Below, in pieces: positions 1 through 11,575 of a stretch of 64,000 nt of DNA. The position numbers were made by a program, and so were the translations under genes. Source of the DNA: Octopus sinensis (Eukaryota); NCBI RefSeq assembly GCF_006345805.1, contig NC_042999.1:2604001-2668000 (forward strand), in the 5' to 3' direction. Under the pieces are notes generated by a model. That model worked only from the letters and a program-made list of their open reading frames with translations, searched no databases and was not told the origin of the DNA. Numbering within the stretch: the stretch's first letter is position 1; the number at the start of each line of letters is the position of its first letter.

Positions 1-99
1 ATTTTTTTAATCTTATATTTAATATTTCTATTATATGTAATTTTCTAGATGGTGTAATTTAATTTTTCATTTTGAATTGATAAAAGGTGTTTTTTTCTA

Positions 100-136
<37 letters not shown>

Positions 137-629
137 TACATGCACACACACATATATAAACATAAAGAATGATGTACTATGAACTATTTATTTTGCTTAC
201 ACATGTTCCAAATAGTTTAGCACAATGCAACAATTGCACATTGTAGTTTGCATATTTAATCAATCCTCCATTTGATCGATTAATTAGCTGGATCTACAGG
301 GGATTTTATTTTTGGTTGGATGGAGACAAAAATTTTTTCTATTTATAGATATAGGAAGGGATGGAACAAATGTCAAAACCATAAACCTATTCCCATTCTG
401 AGGAACCCAGCCCAGATACATTTGAATGCACTATAGCAAAAAGCTAGTATGTTGAGGTTAGAGGGGTAGGGGAACATAGATTACTAGTGTTCTTGAGGTT
501 TTAATGTCTCTTACCATTTGACATCCAGATTCTATATTAAGAAATTTAAGTAAATATTCTTTAGACAATTTTCTAAATGATTTCAATAAACATTAGTATC
601 TTATATAGGGATAGAAAATCTAGAAATCA

Positions 630-1118
630 TTTCATATTTATATAAATATATATATATTCATTTCCATTAATATGTTATCATAATTAGCTAGTAAGTGGTG
701 ATTATTTTAATGAGTTGAATTAAAACAAAATGTTAGACATAATATTTACTAACCGTGGAAAAAACATTATTAATTTAGTACATATATTAGGAGTCAATAA
801 GATATATTAAAAAGTAATGGAAGGGAAGTAATCAAGATGAACCAAGTAATTTCTCTAGATATATAGAATTATTTGCGATTATTTCATATCTATATACCCC
901 CATTTCCATTAATATAGAATCATAATTAGCTAGTTAAAAGGTGATTTGTTTTATTAATGAGTCAAATTAAAAGAATATGTTAGACATAATATTTTCTACC
1001 CGTGGAGAAAAACTTTATCAATTTAGTAAATATATCAGGAGTCAATAATATATATTAAAAATTAATGGAAGGGAGGTAATCAAGATGAACCAAGTAATTT
1101 CCCTAGATATATAGAATT
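630..1118. repeat. Diverged tandem duplication, period ~242 bp (2 copies)
   Basis: Segments 659-870 and 901-1118 align (CATTTCCATTAATAT...CAAGATGAACCAAGTAATTT..CTAGATATATAGAATT) with scattered substitutions. Confidence 0.85.
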
Positions 1119-1179
1119 TTTTTCCTTCCAATATAGGAGAGTATCAAGAAGAAAAAAAATATATATATATATTTGCATG

Positions 1180-1390
1180 TGCGTGTGTATCTATGTTTGT
1201 CCCGCCACCATTGCTTGACAACCGATGTTGGTGTGTCTACATCCCTGTAACTTAGCGGTTCAGCAAAAGAGACCGATCGAATATGTACTAGGCTTACAAA
1301 GAATAAATTCTGGGTTCAATTTGTTCAACTAATGGCTGTGCTCCAGCATGGCCACAGTCAGATGACTGAAACAAATGAAAGGGTAAAGAG
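1180..1390 (+). mobile_element. SINE family A, 3' half
   Basis: Matches the 3' half of the full copies at 8385 and 26759 (TTGCTTGACAACCGATG...GTGCTCCAGCATGGCC.CAGTCA.ATGACTGAAAC). Confidence 0.85.
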
Positions 1391-1599
1391 CATGCTAAAA
1401 TGTCAGCAATATCTTTGGTCAACACACGGTAAGATATTCCAAACATGACCTCCACATGAAAACTTTGAACATGAATTCTACAGCTTCACAATGAACAATG
1501 TCTATGGCATCTATTCTATCCAACATACTTGATCTCCCAGGAGTGCGGGATTTTTCAAATTTGCAAGCCGGATTTTTGGGTTCCAGGCAGAAGCCTTAC

Positions 1600-1722
1600 T
1601 TTGTCTGTTGGACCATTAGAGCTGACCGCCTGATGTGGTCAGCATTCATGAGGGACTTGATGAAGTTGTTGATTAGAGCCAGCTCAATCCACCTCGGGTG
1701 AATGCCACCGCAAGTACAAGTA
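1600..1722 (+). mobile_element. RTE-type LINE 3'-terminal fragment with CAAGTA-type tail
   Basis: GCCAGCTCAATCCACCTCGGGTGAATGCCACCGCAAGTACAAGTAA; homologous to 46075-46115. Confidence 0.55.
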
Positions 1723-2018
1723 AGATACTTGCTCAAGGTGTCATGCTATGAGATTGAAATGTAACCACATAAAACTATTTTATCCAATGTGTCTTTTCCA
1801 GTCCTTTTCCAATAGTAGAGTTTGACTTGCGGGGGAGATTCGGCTGCTATTTTTAGCAGGTGAAATGAGTGGGCAAAGATACCCTTATTGTTTCAGCAGT
1901 TGTTTCTCACAAATGAATGTCTCTGATATTTCCAAACACTCAGCAATTAAGTTGGATGAGAAGTTGCTTCGTATCAGTTAAGTAACATGAAGAAAGGGGG
2001 AATGTATAACATGCTTAA

Positions 2019-2240
2019 CCCTTTCTTTACCGTATTTCTGTTGAGATGCTCTGTGTTTCTTTCAATCAATTTTAAATATAACAAAGAGTTTAGTAAAATA
2101 ACTTAGTTATCATTAAACTTCTGTTAGGAACATAAATTGTGACTAAGGTTTGGTGGAAGATTTTAATTCAAAACTTATGGAAACAAGACATTTGTACTAC
2201 AGAGCCAGAGGCAGTTTCAGCTGGATTAGTATCAAAAGGG
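2019..2240. mobile_element. TTAA-flanked MITE (piggyBac-like), copy 1
   Basis: TTAA|CCCTTT...AAAGGG|TTAA termini; 222 bp; no ORF. Confidence 0.8.
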
Positions 2241-2279
2241 TTAAGGCCCACCTTATTCTCTCTTTCTCTCCAACTTTAA

Positions 2280-2501
2280 CCCTTTTGTTGCCATATTTCT
2301 ATTGAGATGCTCTGTGTTTCTTTCAATTGATTTTAAATATAACAAAGAATTTAGTAAAATAACTTACCTATCATTAAGCTAGTGTTAGGAACATAAACTG
2401 TGACTAAGATTTGGTAGAAGATTTTAATTCAAAACTTATGGAAACAAGTCATTTGTACTACAAAACCAGATGCAGTTTCAGCCAGGTTAGTATCAAAAAG
2501 G
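2280..2501. mobile_element. TTAA-flanked MITE (piggyBac-like), copy 2
   Basis: TTAA|CCCTTT...AAAAGG|TTAA; 222 bp; colinear with copy 1. Confidence 0.8.
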
Positions 2502-2525
2502 TTAAAAATATCATGGTGGATTTAA

Positions 2526-2700
2526 CCCTTTTGTTACCATTTTGCTGTTGAGATGCTCTGTGTTTCTTTCAATTACTTTAAATATAACAAGGAATTTAGT
2601 AAAACTGTGACTAAGGCTTAGTGGAAGATTTTAATTCAAAACTTATGGAAACAAGACATTTGTACTACAGGTGGTTTCAGCTGGGTTATCATTAAAAGGG
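2526..2700. mobile_element. TTAA-flanked MITE (piggyBac-like), copy 3, internally deleted
   Basis: TTAA|CCCTTT...AAAGGG|TTAA; 175 bp; lacks two internal segments present in copies 1-2. Confidence 0.8.
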
Positions 2701-2899
2701 TTAAGAGTATAAATTAACGACTGAATTAACACTTGAATTTATTACCAATATTCAGCACCTTAGCTTCAAAGCTATTGTGTCTTATAATTAATATTTGCTA
2801 ATATTTAACATGCAAATTCCTGGAACAAACTCACTTCCTGCGAGTTAATGGTAAGGTTAATTCTTTTCTTCATGTCTCAGAGATTTGCAGTGTCAATGT

Positions 2900-3640
2900 T
2901 GGTTTTCATTCATCATAATTATCATTGTTGTCATCGCCTTCATCATCGTCATTATCATTATCATTACTGTCGTCATCAACATCTTTATCCTCTTCATCAT
3001 TGTCACTGTCATTGCTGTCAGCATCATCATTCTTATCATTGGTTTGTCGTTGTCCTTCTCCTCATCATCATCGTCATCATCATCACCACCACCATCATCA
3101 CCATCATCATTGTCATCGTCGCCATCATCATCATCAATATCCAATCACCACCTCCACCACTACCAACACCACCATCATCTCTCTTTCCCTCCTCTCTTTC
3201 TCCCTTCTTTCTCTCCTCCCCTCCTCTCTCTCTTTCTATAACCTCATCACCAGAACCTCACCCCTCTGCTAAAATTATGTTCCCCTTACATCATGTCATG
3301 GACGCTTTTCTCTCCCTCTTTTTCCCTCTCCATTTTTTTCTCTCTCTCTCTCTCTACCTCTTACTCTTTCTTCCTCTTTCTGTCTCACTCTTCACTTTAT
3401 CCTCTTTTTGTCTCTCCTTTTTATTTCTCCTCTTTTTCCCTTCAACTAATCACATGAAAGCATTACAATTACATTCCCTCTGCCTCACATCATGGACACT
3501 TCTCTCTCCCTCTTTTCCCCTCTCCATTTTTTTCTCTCTCTCTTTTTCTTTCTCTCTTTTTCTGTCTCATTCTTCACCTTATTTCCTTTTTCTTCTTCCC
3601 TCTTCTTCTCTCTTCCTCTTTTTCTCTAATCACATAAAAG
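2900..3640. repeat. Degenerate (ATC)n tract followed by a CT-rich polypyrimidine tract
   Basis: (CAT)n variants at ~2900-3180 and TC-rich sequence at ~3180-3640; source of the spurious poly-H/S/I ORFs. Confidence 0.9.
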
Positions 3641-4879
3641 TGTTACTGATGGGCTAAGTAACACAATAAGAAGCAGAATTATTATAAAATAAATAAGGTG
3701 ACTATTTTCATTTGCTTTGTTGTACTATGATTGATCTAGCTGGAAATTATTTAAATCAGCAACTCTGATTAGAGAAGTTAATTAATTCAAAAGTTTTAAG
3801 CTGAAAGAGTAGCAGACAGAATGGGAATACAGTATTCACACATAATGTCAACATGAAATCTGATTGAATAAAAAACACTTACATACTAATCAATAAGGTG
3901 TATTGTGGTAATTAAACTCTGAAAGCAATGATTATGAATGTTTAGCATTTTTTGTTCAAATAGTTATGAATATTTTTGGAAAAAATAAGAGTGTAACATT
4001 ACCATAAATGATAATAAAACAGATTGCACAGAGAGGCAGGCAAGAAATTTACAGGAATAAAAAAAATAAAGCACAATGTTTACAAACACACTTTACCCCT
4101 CATCAGTTGCCGATCAAATACCATCATAATTTTAATGTCTTGTCATTTTTTCCCATAAATTTTATTTGTTGTTCATTTGTGCTACCTTTTTGATTCTTAA
4201 GTTTTTAGCGTTATAATTTTCTTTTAATAACATTATGGGGAGATGTTGCTATACATGTAGGAATATACATTTTAGCAAAAGAATTTAGGAGGAAAATGAA
4301 ATACAAACAACACTCATAAACACATGCCATCCCTCATTAGTTGTCAAGCAAATATCATCACACTTCAACATCTTGCAATTTGTTCACACACAACTGCAGG
4401 TTCATGAGATGGTTGTGATCTGTAAACAGTTTTGAGAAGGAACCAGAAAGAGAAGTATGAACATACAATGCACATGTGCACACTGGATTCATAAAATAAG
4501 GGAAAAGAATAAAAATGCAATTCACAAGTTGTATGATGGTCTGCCTGCCATGTCTAACACCATTGTCGTGCAGCTTTGGTGCAATTTGCATCTGTAAATT
4601 TCTTCGTGATACCATTTTCATTACTAAATTTTCATTTTGATATTTTTTAAAGAAATATCATTAAAGTGAGAGATGGTTGAGTAATATATACTGCCATGCA
4701 TATAGAAATATTCATTCTGACCCTCTGCCTGAGCTTCAGACTTCACAGTCTATCTTCACATGTGTCTATAGCAGTACTTCCTTAAAGTCTGATTACATAA
4801 CTTCAAATTCTTGATATAAACAAATATAAATATACAAAATAAATTGCATCAGAAGTTACACTTATCTAAAAGAGAGAAT

Positions 4880-4899
4880 ATGAAGAAATACATACATAC

Positions 4900-4947
<48 letters not shown>

Positions 4948-5179
4948 GTATATATGTATGTATGTATATATATATGTATATATATACATATATATATGTA
5001 CATATATGTATATATATATATATGTATATATATACATGTACATATATATATTATATATATATATATATGTATGTATGTATGTATATATGTATGTATGTAT
5101 ATATATATGTATATATATACATATATATATGTACATATATGTATATATATATATATATGTATATATATACATGTACATA

Positions 5180-5210
<31 letters not shown>

Positions 5211-5250
5211 TATATATATATTATATATATATTATACATAGACATATATA
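4880..5250. repeat. Compound (TA)n/(TATG)n microsatellite
   Basis: Direct reading; contains an internally repeated block of >100 bp. Confidence 0.9.
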
Positions 5251-6234
5251 TTTTCTTGCCTCTAAAGTATGTTTTCATGTAATTAATGTTTTAACTTCAA
5301 TATTTTACAATTTTTTACTGTTTTTTTTTTATTATTATTCGATGTATATTTCATTTTATTTTTGAAGGATTCATTCACATCATCTTATATAAATATATTA
5401 TCTTTATCTCAGATTTTGTTTTTCTAATGTTTTAAGGGAAAACATTTGTCATCAAAAGCTTTTATTATTTCCTGCTAAATTTCATAAATATTCTTAATAA
5501 AAATGAAAATACCGACATTCATCACAAAAGTTTTCTCAACATTTAAATATTGGCTTTCATGTATACTTTGAATTACTTTCCCTCGTTTATTTTTTATATT
5601 CATTTGTAATTATAGTTTGTTGATTTAGGTGATTTTCTCCAATTCCTCACCTTTTGATTTTCTATAGACTATGTATCATTTCCCTTATATTTCCAATAAG
5701 TTGCCTCTCTCTATTTTTTTTTATAGATTTCTATTGATTTTTAATTGGTTTTTCTTAGAAATTTTTCTTTGGTATTTATTTTTCTGGAAGCTACTTTTAA
5801 ATTTGCCGATTAATGAAATAAACACAGAATTAATAAATTTCTGTCTAGCATGGATAATAGCTTCTCTTCATTTGTTTTTTTTTAGAAAAAAATTGTAAGC
5901 AAAATGCAAAACAAATTCTTGAGAATAAGAAGCATAAACGTTTATTTATCAATAGCAGCACATTTAACTTTAAGGAATGTTAAATAGCTTGGATTTGAGA
6001 TAAAGAGTTCTTGGAGATAGATGATAACTGAAAAAATACAACTTTAATTAAACAATCATATCAAAACAATGAACAGACGTTTATAAAATGTCAACGTTAA
6101 TAAATTTTTAAGTAAACACAAAAAAAATAATTTAAATGAATTTATTTTTTGGTCTGGTGTTATGAAATTTAAGCATACAGTGAACAGATCAAATATTTAC
6201 AGAGCGGTCTCTGGTTTAACATATCAAGCATGTC

Positions 6235-6435
6235 TGGATATGAAACAACACTGTGTATCTATTCAATACATTTGGTTGCTATGGCAGAGTTTTCAAGTGA
6301 AATGGATGCACTAGGAAGGGCACCCAGCTGGAAAAAAACTCCGTACCAAAGCAGACGTTGGAGCTTGGTGAAATCCTCTGGCTCCCCAGCTCTTGTCAAG
6401 ATATCCAACCCATGCCAGCATGGAAAACAGATGTG
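6235..6435 (+). mobile_element. Old 3' tail fragment of the RTE family
   Basis: GGAAGGGCACCCAGCTGGAAAA...TCCAACCCATGCCAGCATGGAAAACAGATGT, homologous to the RTE terminus at 43670-43790. Confidence 0.7.
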
Positions 6436-6449
6436 AAATTGTGAGGATG

Positions 6450-6765
6450 GCGGTGGTGGTGGTGGTGGTGTCAATGAGGAGAGGACAAGGACAATGAGGA
6501 GGATGCGGACGAGGGGAAGAAGAGGAGGAGAGAGAAGAAGAGGAGGAAGAAGGAGAGGAGGAAGAGGAAAAGGAGGAAGAGGAAAAAGAGAAGGAGCAGA
6601 AGGAAGAAGAGGAAGAGGAAAGGGAACAGGAGGAAGAGGAAGTTGACGTGGAGGAGGAGGAAAAGGAAGCGGGAGGGGAGGGGAAGAGGAAGGAGAGGAG
6701 GTGGAGGAGGAGAACGAAGTGGAAGTGGAGGAAGAGAGAGCAGAGAAGGAAGAAGAGGAAATTCA
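6450..6765. repeat. Purine-rich (GAG/GAA)n low-complexity tract
   Basis: Direct reading. Confidence 0.9.
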
Positions 6766-6829
6766 TTATGGCTTCCAGTCTATTTTCGCCTGCCAAACAA
6801 TGTACTGACAAATTATGTTAAACAGCTTC

Positions 6830-7100
6830 ACTTTGCCGCCGTGTGGCATTTTGGCCAAATGTCTTTTACTGTTGACCCATACGAACCAATACCTTATCAG
6901 TAAATTTGGTAGACAGAATCTGTACAAGGTCCATAGTGCCAAGGGTGAGTCAAGGTCAAAATGGTTCCAAAATCTCTGTCCCAAGCCAGCATGGAAAATA
7001 GGATGTTAAATGATGATGATGATGATGATGGTGGTGGTGACAATGATGATGATGACGACGACGATGATAATGATGATGATGATGATGATGATGGTGATGG
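6830..7100 (+). mobile_element. Degenerate SINE: family-A-like core joined to the RTE 3' tail
   Basis: AAATTTGGTAGACAGAATCTG resembles the SINE-A core; it ends GCCAGCATGGAAAATAGGATGTTAAA(TGA)n like the RTE terminus. Confidence 0.5.
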
Positions 7101-7106
7101 TGAGGA

Positions 7107-8089
7107 AATGACCAGTGAGTGGTCAACTAGAAAATGGTTTAAACAATTTCACAGTGGAGACCTGAACCTTGAACATCGTGATCATAGTGGATGCCTATCT
7201 GTCATCGATGATGGTCAATTAAAAACTGTCATTGAGAAAGATCCACTTAAGACTACTTGAGAACTGGCAAAAGAACTTCAAGTTAACCAGAAAACTGCCT
7301 GCAACCTTTTGTATGCAATCGGAAAATCAAAAAAGCTCAAGAAATGGGTACCACACGATTTGAATGAAAATCATAAAATGCACAGATATGAAATTTGCTT
7401 GTCACTTCTCTAGAACCAGACTGATCCATTTCTTGACCGTATTGTAACTTGCAATGAAAATGGGATTCTGTACAATAATAAAAACTGTTCTTCCCAGTGG
7501 TTGACTAAAATGAAGCACCAAAAACCTAAACCCGAGTTCTTCAAAAAGGTTATGGTAACTGTTTGTTGGTGTACTGCTGAAGTCATCCCCTATAACTTCT
7601 TAAAACCCAGAAAAACCATTACTGCAGAAACATATTGCCATGAAATTGCCAAAATGAATTAAAAATTGCTACTCCTCTGTCTCAGACTGGTCAACAGAAG
7701 AGGACCACTCATTCTTCATGACAATGCTTGACCACACATTTGACTAATAACACTCCAGAAGTTGAGGGAACTTAGCTACGAAGTTCTTCCCTACCCAGCT
7801 TATTCCTAAGACCTTCTCCTACCGATTACCACTTTTACAAGCACTTTGATGGTTTTCTGCGAGAGTAAGAGTTCAAAAATCAAACAGATGCTGAAAGTGC
7901 ATTCAAAGAGTCCATCAGCTCCAGAACTTCAGATTTTTATGTTACCGAAATGAACAAACTTGCAACTCATTATCAAAAATGTGTTGATTGTAATAGTACT
8001 TACTTTGATGAATAAAATTTCCACATTGTTGAAAGATATTATGACGATTTTCATGTTTCAAAACATTCTTTCCTTTTTACTCAGCCTGA
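7107..8089 (+). pseudogene. Mariner (DD34D) transposase fossil, 5'-truncated
   Basis: Frames give KWVPHDL, RIVTCNE, HDNA, YS*DLSPTDYH and YFDE* with several stops; ends in a TIR-like ...CTCAGCCTGA|TA. Confidence 0.9.
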
Positions 8090-8260
8090 TATATATATAT
8101 ATATGTGTTGTTGAATGCTCAAAATGAGGAGTAGATAGACAGCTGATGACTAATGAAGGGTCTTTTCTCTCATTGTATATGTATTTAACTCATTTTTGTT
8201 TACGTATTTCATGTTGTTTGCACAGTTGGTGACGTCCTGTACCCATATATGCATATGTGT

Positions 8261-8337
<77 letters not shown>

Positions 8338-8384
8338 TATTATTATTATTATTTAATTGAACGCCACACATCCATTTCCAAGTA

Positions 8385-8546
8385 AGGAGTGGCTGTGTGT
8401 TAAGTAGCTTGTTTACCAACCACATGGTTCTGGGTTCAGTCCCACTGCGTGGTACCTTGGGCAACTGTCTGATACCATAGCCTCGGGCTGACCAAAGCCT
8501 TGTGAATGGATTTGGTAGACAGAAACTGAAAGAAGCCCGTCGTATA

Positions 8547-8579
<33 letters not shown>

Positions 8580-8802
8580 GCATGTGTGTGTATGTGTGTC
8601 TGTGTTTGTCCCCCTAGCATTGCTTGACAACCGATGCTGGTGTGTTTATGTCCCCGTTACTTAGCAGTTCAGCAAAAGAGACCGATAGAATAAGTACTGG
8701 GCTTACAAAAGAATAAGTCCCGGGGTCGATTTGCTCGACTAAGGGCGGTGCTCCAGCATGGCCGCAGTCAAATGAGTGAAACAAGTAAAAGAGTAAAAGA
8801 GT
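8385..8802 (+). mobile_element. SINE family A, full length (tRNA-derived head, internal (TA)n)
   Basis: GGAGTGGCTGTGTG.TAAGTAG A-box-like head, GGTTCAGTCCC B-box-like motif, tail GAAACAAGTAAAAGAG; more than 10 homologues in the window. Confidence 0.9.
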
Positions 8803-9194
8803 ATATGTGTTTGTGTGTGTGTGTGTGTGTATACAGGTACTACTCCTTTTTACTTGATGAGTGGACTGTGAAATAAAGTGCCTTGCTCAAGCACACAATG
8901 TGGTGCTGGGAATCAAACTCACAACCTTTCAATCATGAGCCGAATACCCTGAAACACTAAGCTGCACATCTTTACCACAAAGAAGCATAAGTGATGCCAC
9001 CAAACTGAAAAGAAGAGCTATCATAGAATTGACGGCAGTGCTCCAGCATGGACAAAGGCCAGTGGTTCAAACAACAGAATTATATTTGTGTGTGTATGTT
9101 ATGTCTTTATGCATGTGTGTGTGTGTGTATGTATTTGTGTGTGTGTAGAAGACATTAAAATGCAGATGTTTGGGGTTTGGATGGGGATGGAAGC

Positions 9195-9575
9195 ACTCCG
9201 TTGGTTACGACGACGAGGGTTCCCGTTGATCCGAATCAACTGAACAGCCTGCTCGTGAAATTATCGTGTAAGTGGCTGAGCACTCCACAGACACGTGTAC
9301 TCTCAACGTAGTTCTCGGGGATATTCAGTGTGACACAGAGAGTGACAAGGCCGGCCCTTTGAAATACAGGTACAACAGAAACAGGAAGTAAGAGTGAGAG
9401 AAAGTTGTGGTGAAAGAGTACAGCAGGGATCACCACCATCCCCTGCCAGAGCCTCGTGGAGCTTTTTTAGGTGTTTTCGCTCAATAAACACACACAACAC
9501 CCGGTCTGGGAATCGAAACCGCGATCCCACGACTGCGAGTCCACTGCCCTAACCACTGGGCCATTGCGCCTCCAC
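9195..9575 (-). mobile_element. SINE family D (tRNA-like head)
   Basis: Minus-strand head GGCCCAGTGGTTAGGG...GGTTTCGATTCC; the 3' half is shared with the copy at 16222-16542. Confidence 0.75.
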
Positions 9576-9900
9576 GTTTGGGGTTTACAGACTGTTACAT
9601 ATGATAAAAGAAATAAGTACATGATATACTAATTAATACTAATTAGGCTAGGTTTTAAATATTAAAAAAAAAAGAGTGTTGTATTCAAACATATTTTCAA
9701 AGCTTCTGCTTTGCTTCATGAAAAAAGCAAATCTCATTTTTTTTATCAGTTCCAGACTGGTCTAATTACTGCTTTATTATGAAATCACATGAAAATGTCT
9801 GTAGAAATAACAGCAGCTATCTAATAGTAGACTGCATTACATAATTCAATTCCACAAGTTCAGTGTGGAATGCTCCCAAGTCGTTTATATATATATATAT

Positions 9901-10106
9901 ACTCTCTTTTACTCTCTTTTACTTGTTTCAGTCATTTGACTGCGGCCATGCTGGAGCACCGCCTTTAGTCGAGCAACTCGACCCCAGGACTTATTCTTTG
10001 TAAGCCTAGTACTTATTCTATCGGTCTGTTTTGCCGAACCGCTAAGTGACGGGGACGTAAACACACCAGCATCGGTTGTCAAGCAATGCTAGGGGGACAA
10101 ACACAG

Positions 10107-10157
<51 letters not shown>

Positions 10158-10323
10158 TACGACAGGCTTCTTTCAGTTTCCGTCTACCAAATCCACTCAC
10201 AAGGCATTGGTTGGCCCGAGGCTATAGTAGAAGACACTTGCCCAAGATGCCACGCAGTGGGACTGAACCCGGAACCATGTGGTTGGTTAGCAAGCTACTT
10301 ACCACACAGCCACTCTTGCGCCT
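9901..10323 (-). mobile_element. SINE family A, full length
   Basis: Reverse complement of the 8385-8802 copy. Confidence 0.9.
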
Positions 10324-10379
10324 ATATATATATATATAAAACAAAATAAAATGAAAAAACTACAGAAGAATTTGTATTA

Positions 10380-11140
10380 TATGGTTAAAGAATATATCTA
10401 AATCATCATGTTAGGAATATGTAATAAAATTTTGTGTGTAGTGACATTCAATAATAAATCTCAGAGCGAGTTATAAACAGTAGCTGCAACACATCATGAA
10501 GTATATTTGCCATTTAAATATGGCTAACCCCTAAGTGTGGATGCTACTGTAGCTTGTAGGCCCAGGAAGACATCTCCTCCAGCTGGCTATTGACACACTT
10601 TCTGTGCCCTATCAGTATTTGCAAAGGGAAGCCATCCTTCCCGTCTTCAACCTATGATGACAGGTCAATACCCAGAAACTCGAGTCCATGTGTATCATAG
10701 GTTGAAAATGGGAAGGATGGCTTCCCTTTGCAAATACTGATAGGGCACAGAAAGTGTGTCAATAGCCAGCTGGAGGAGGCGTCCTCCTAGGGCTACAAGC
10801 TATAGTAGCATCCACCCATATTTAAATGGCAAATATACTTCACGATGTAGTGACATTGTTTTTGGAGAAATAACCAGTTTCACAGTTTCTTTTCAAATTT
10901 CTCAGATTTCTTTATTGATAGTGTGACATTTCTTCATTATAGTGTGCTGTAGGAGAGTTCCAAACAGGGGGAGATAATCACACCATAGCAAAGGGAATAT
11001 CGGTAAAAAAATCTGAGAAATTTGAAAAGAAAATGTGAAACGGTTATTTCTCCAAGAACAAGGTCACTACACACAAAATTTTATATCATTTTCCTAACAT
11101 GACGATTTAAATATATTCTTTAATCATATAACACAAGTCT
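10380..11140. repeat. Nested inverted-repeat (foldback/MITE-like) complex
   Basis: Inner hairpin arms 10491-10658 and 10694-10848; a second inverted repeat pairs 10380-10446 plus 10847-10910 with 11010-11140. Confidence 0.85.
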
Positions 11141-11179
11141 TCTCTAGATTTTTCACTCTATTTTTTCTTTTATACATCC

Positions 11180-11575
11180 AACCACGTGCTTTCACAAATC
11201 CACTCACAAGGCTTTGGTCAGCCTGAGACTATTTTAGAAGACACAAAGCAGCGAACTGGCAGAAATGTTAGCGCGCCGGGCAAAATGCCTAGCGGTATTT
11301 CGTCTGCCGTTACGTTCTGAGTTCAAATTCCACTGAGGTCAACTTTGCCTTTCATCCTTTTGGGGTCGATAAATTAAGTACCAGTTACACACTGGGGTCG
11401 ATGTAATCGACTTAATTCGTTTGTCTGTCTTTGTTTGTCCCCTCTATGTTTAGCCCCTTGTGGGCAATAAAGGAACATATTTTAGAAGACACATGCCCAA
11501 AGTGCAATGCAGTGGGACTGAACCCGGAACCATTTGGTTGGTAAGCAAGCTACTTATCGCATAGCCATTCCTAAA
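11180..11575 (-). mobile_element. SINE family A 5' half, interrupted by a SINE B
   Basis: The A sequence resumes in register after the insertion. Confidence 0.8.
11246..11477 (+). mobile_element. SINE family B with 16-bp TSD
   Basis: CTGGCAGAA..GTTAG head, GAGTTCAAATTCC B-box; TATTTTAGAAGACACA duplicated at 11230-11245 and 11478-11493. Confidence 0.9.

Noticed and set aside
4330-4625. Possible exons on either strand
   Set aside because: Acceptor- and donor-like sites exist but phases do not join into a coherent frame and the peptides are unrecognised.
4844-5365. Tyr/Ile/Met/Cys-rich ORFs (also at 13986, 18070, 18978-19596, 44828-45311, 49247, 51282, 54050)
   Set aside because: Microsatellite translations.
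8385-8460. tRNA genes at SINE heads
   Set aside because: Only A/B-box-like motifs are retained, without a full cloverleaf, and each continues into a repeated SINE body.
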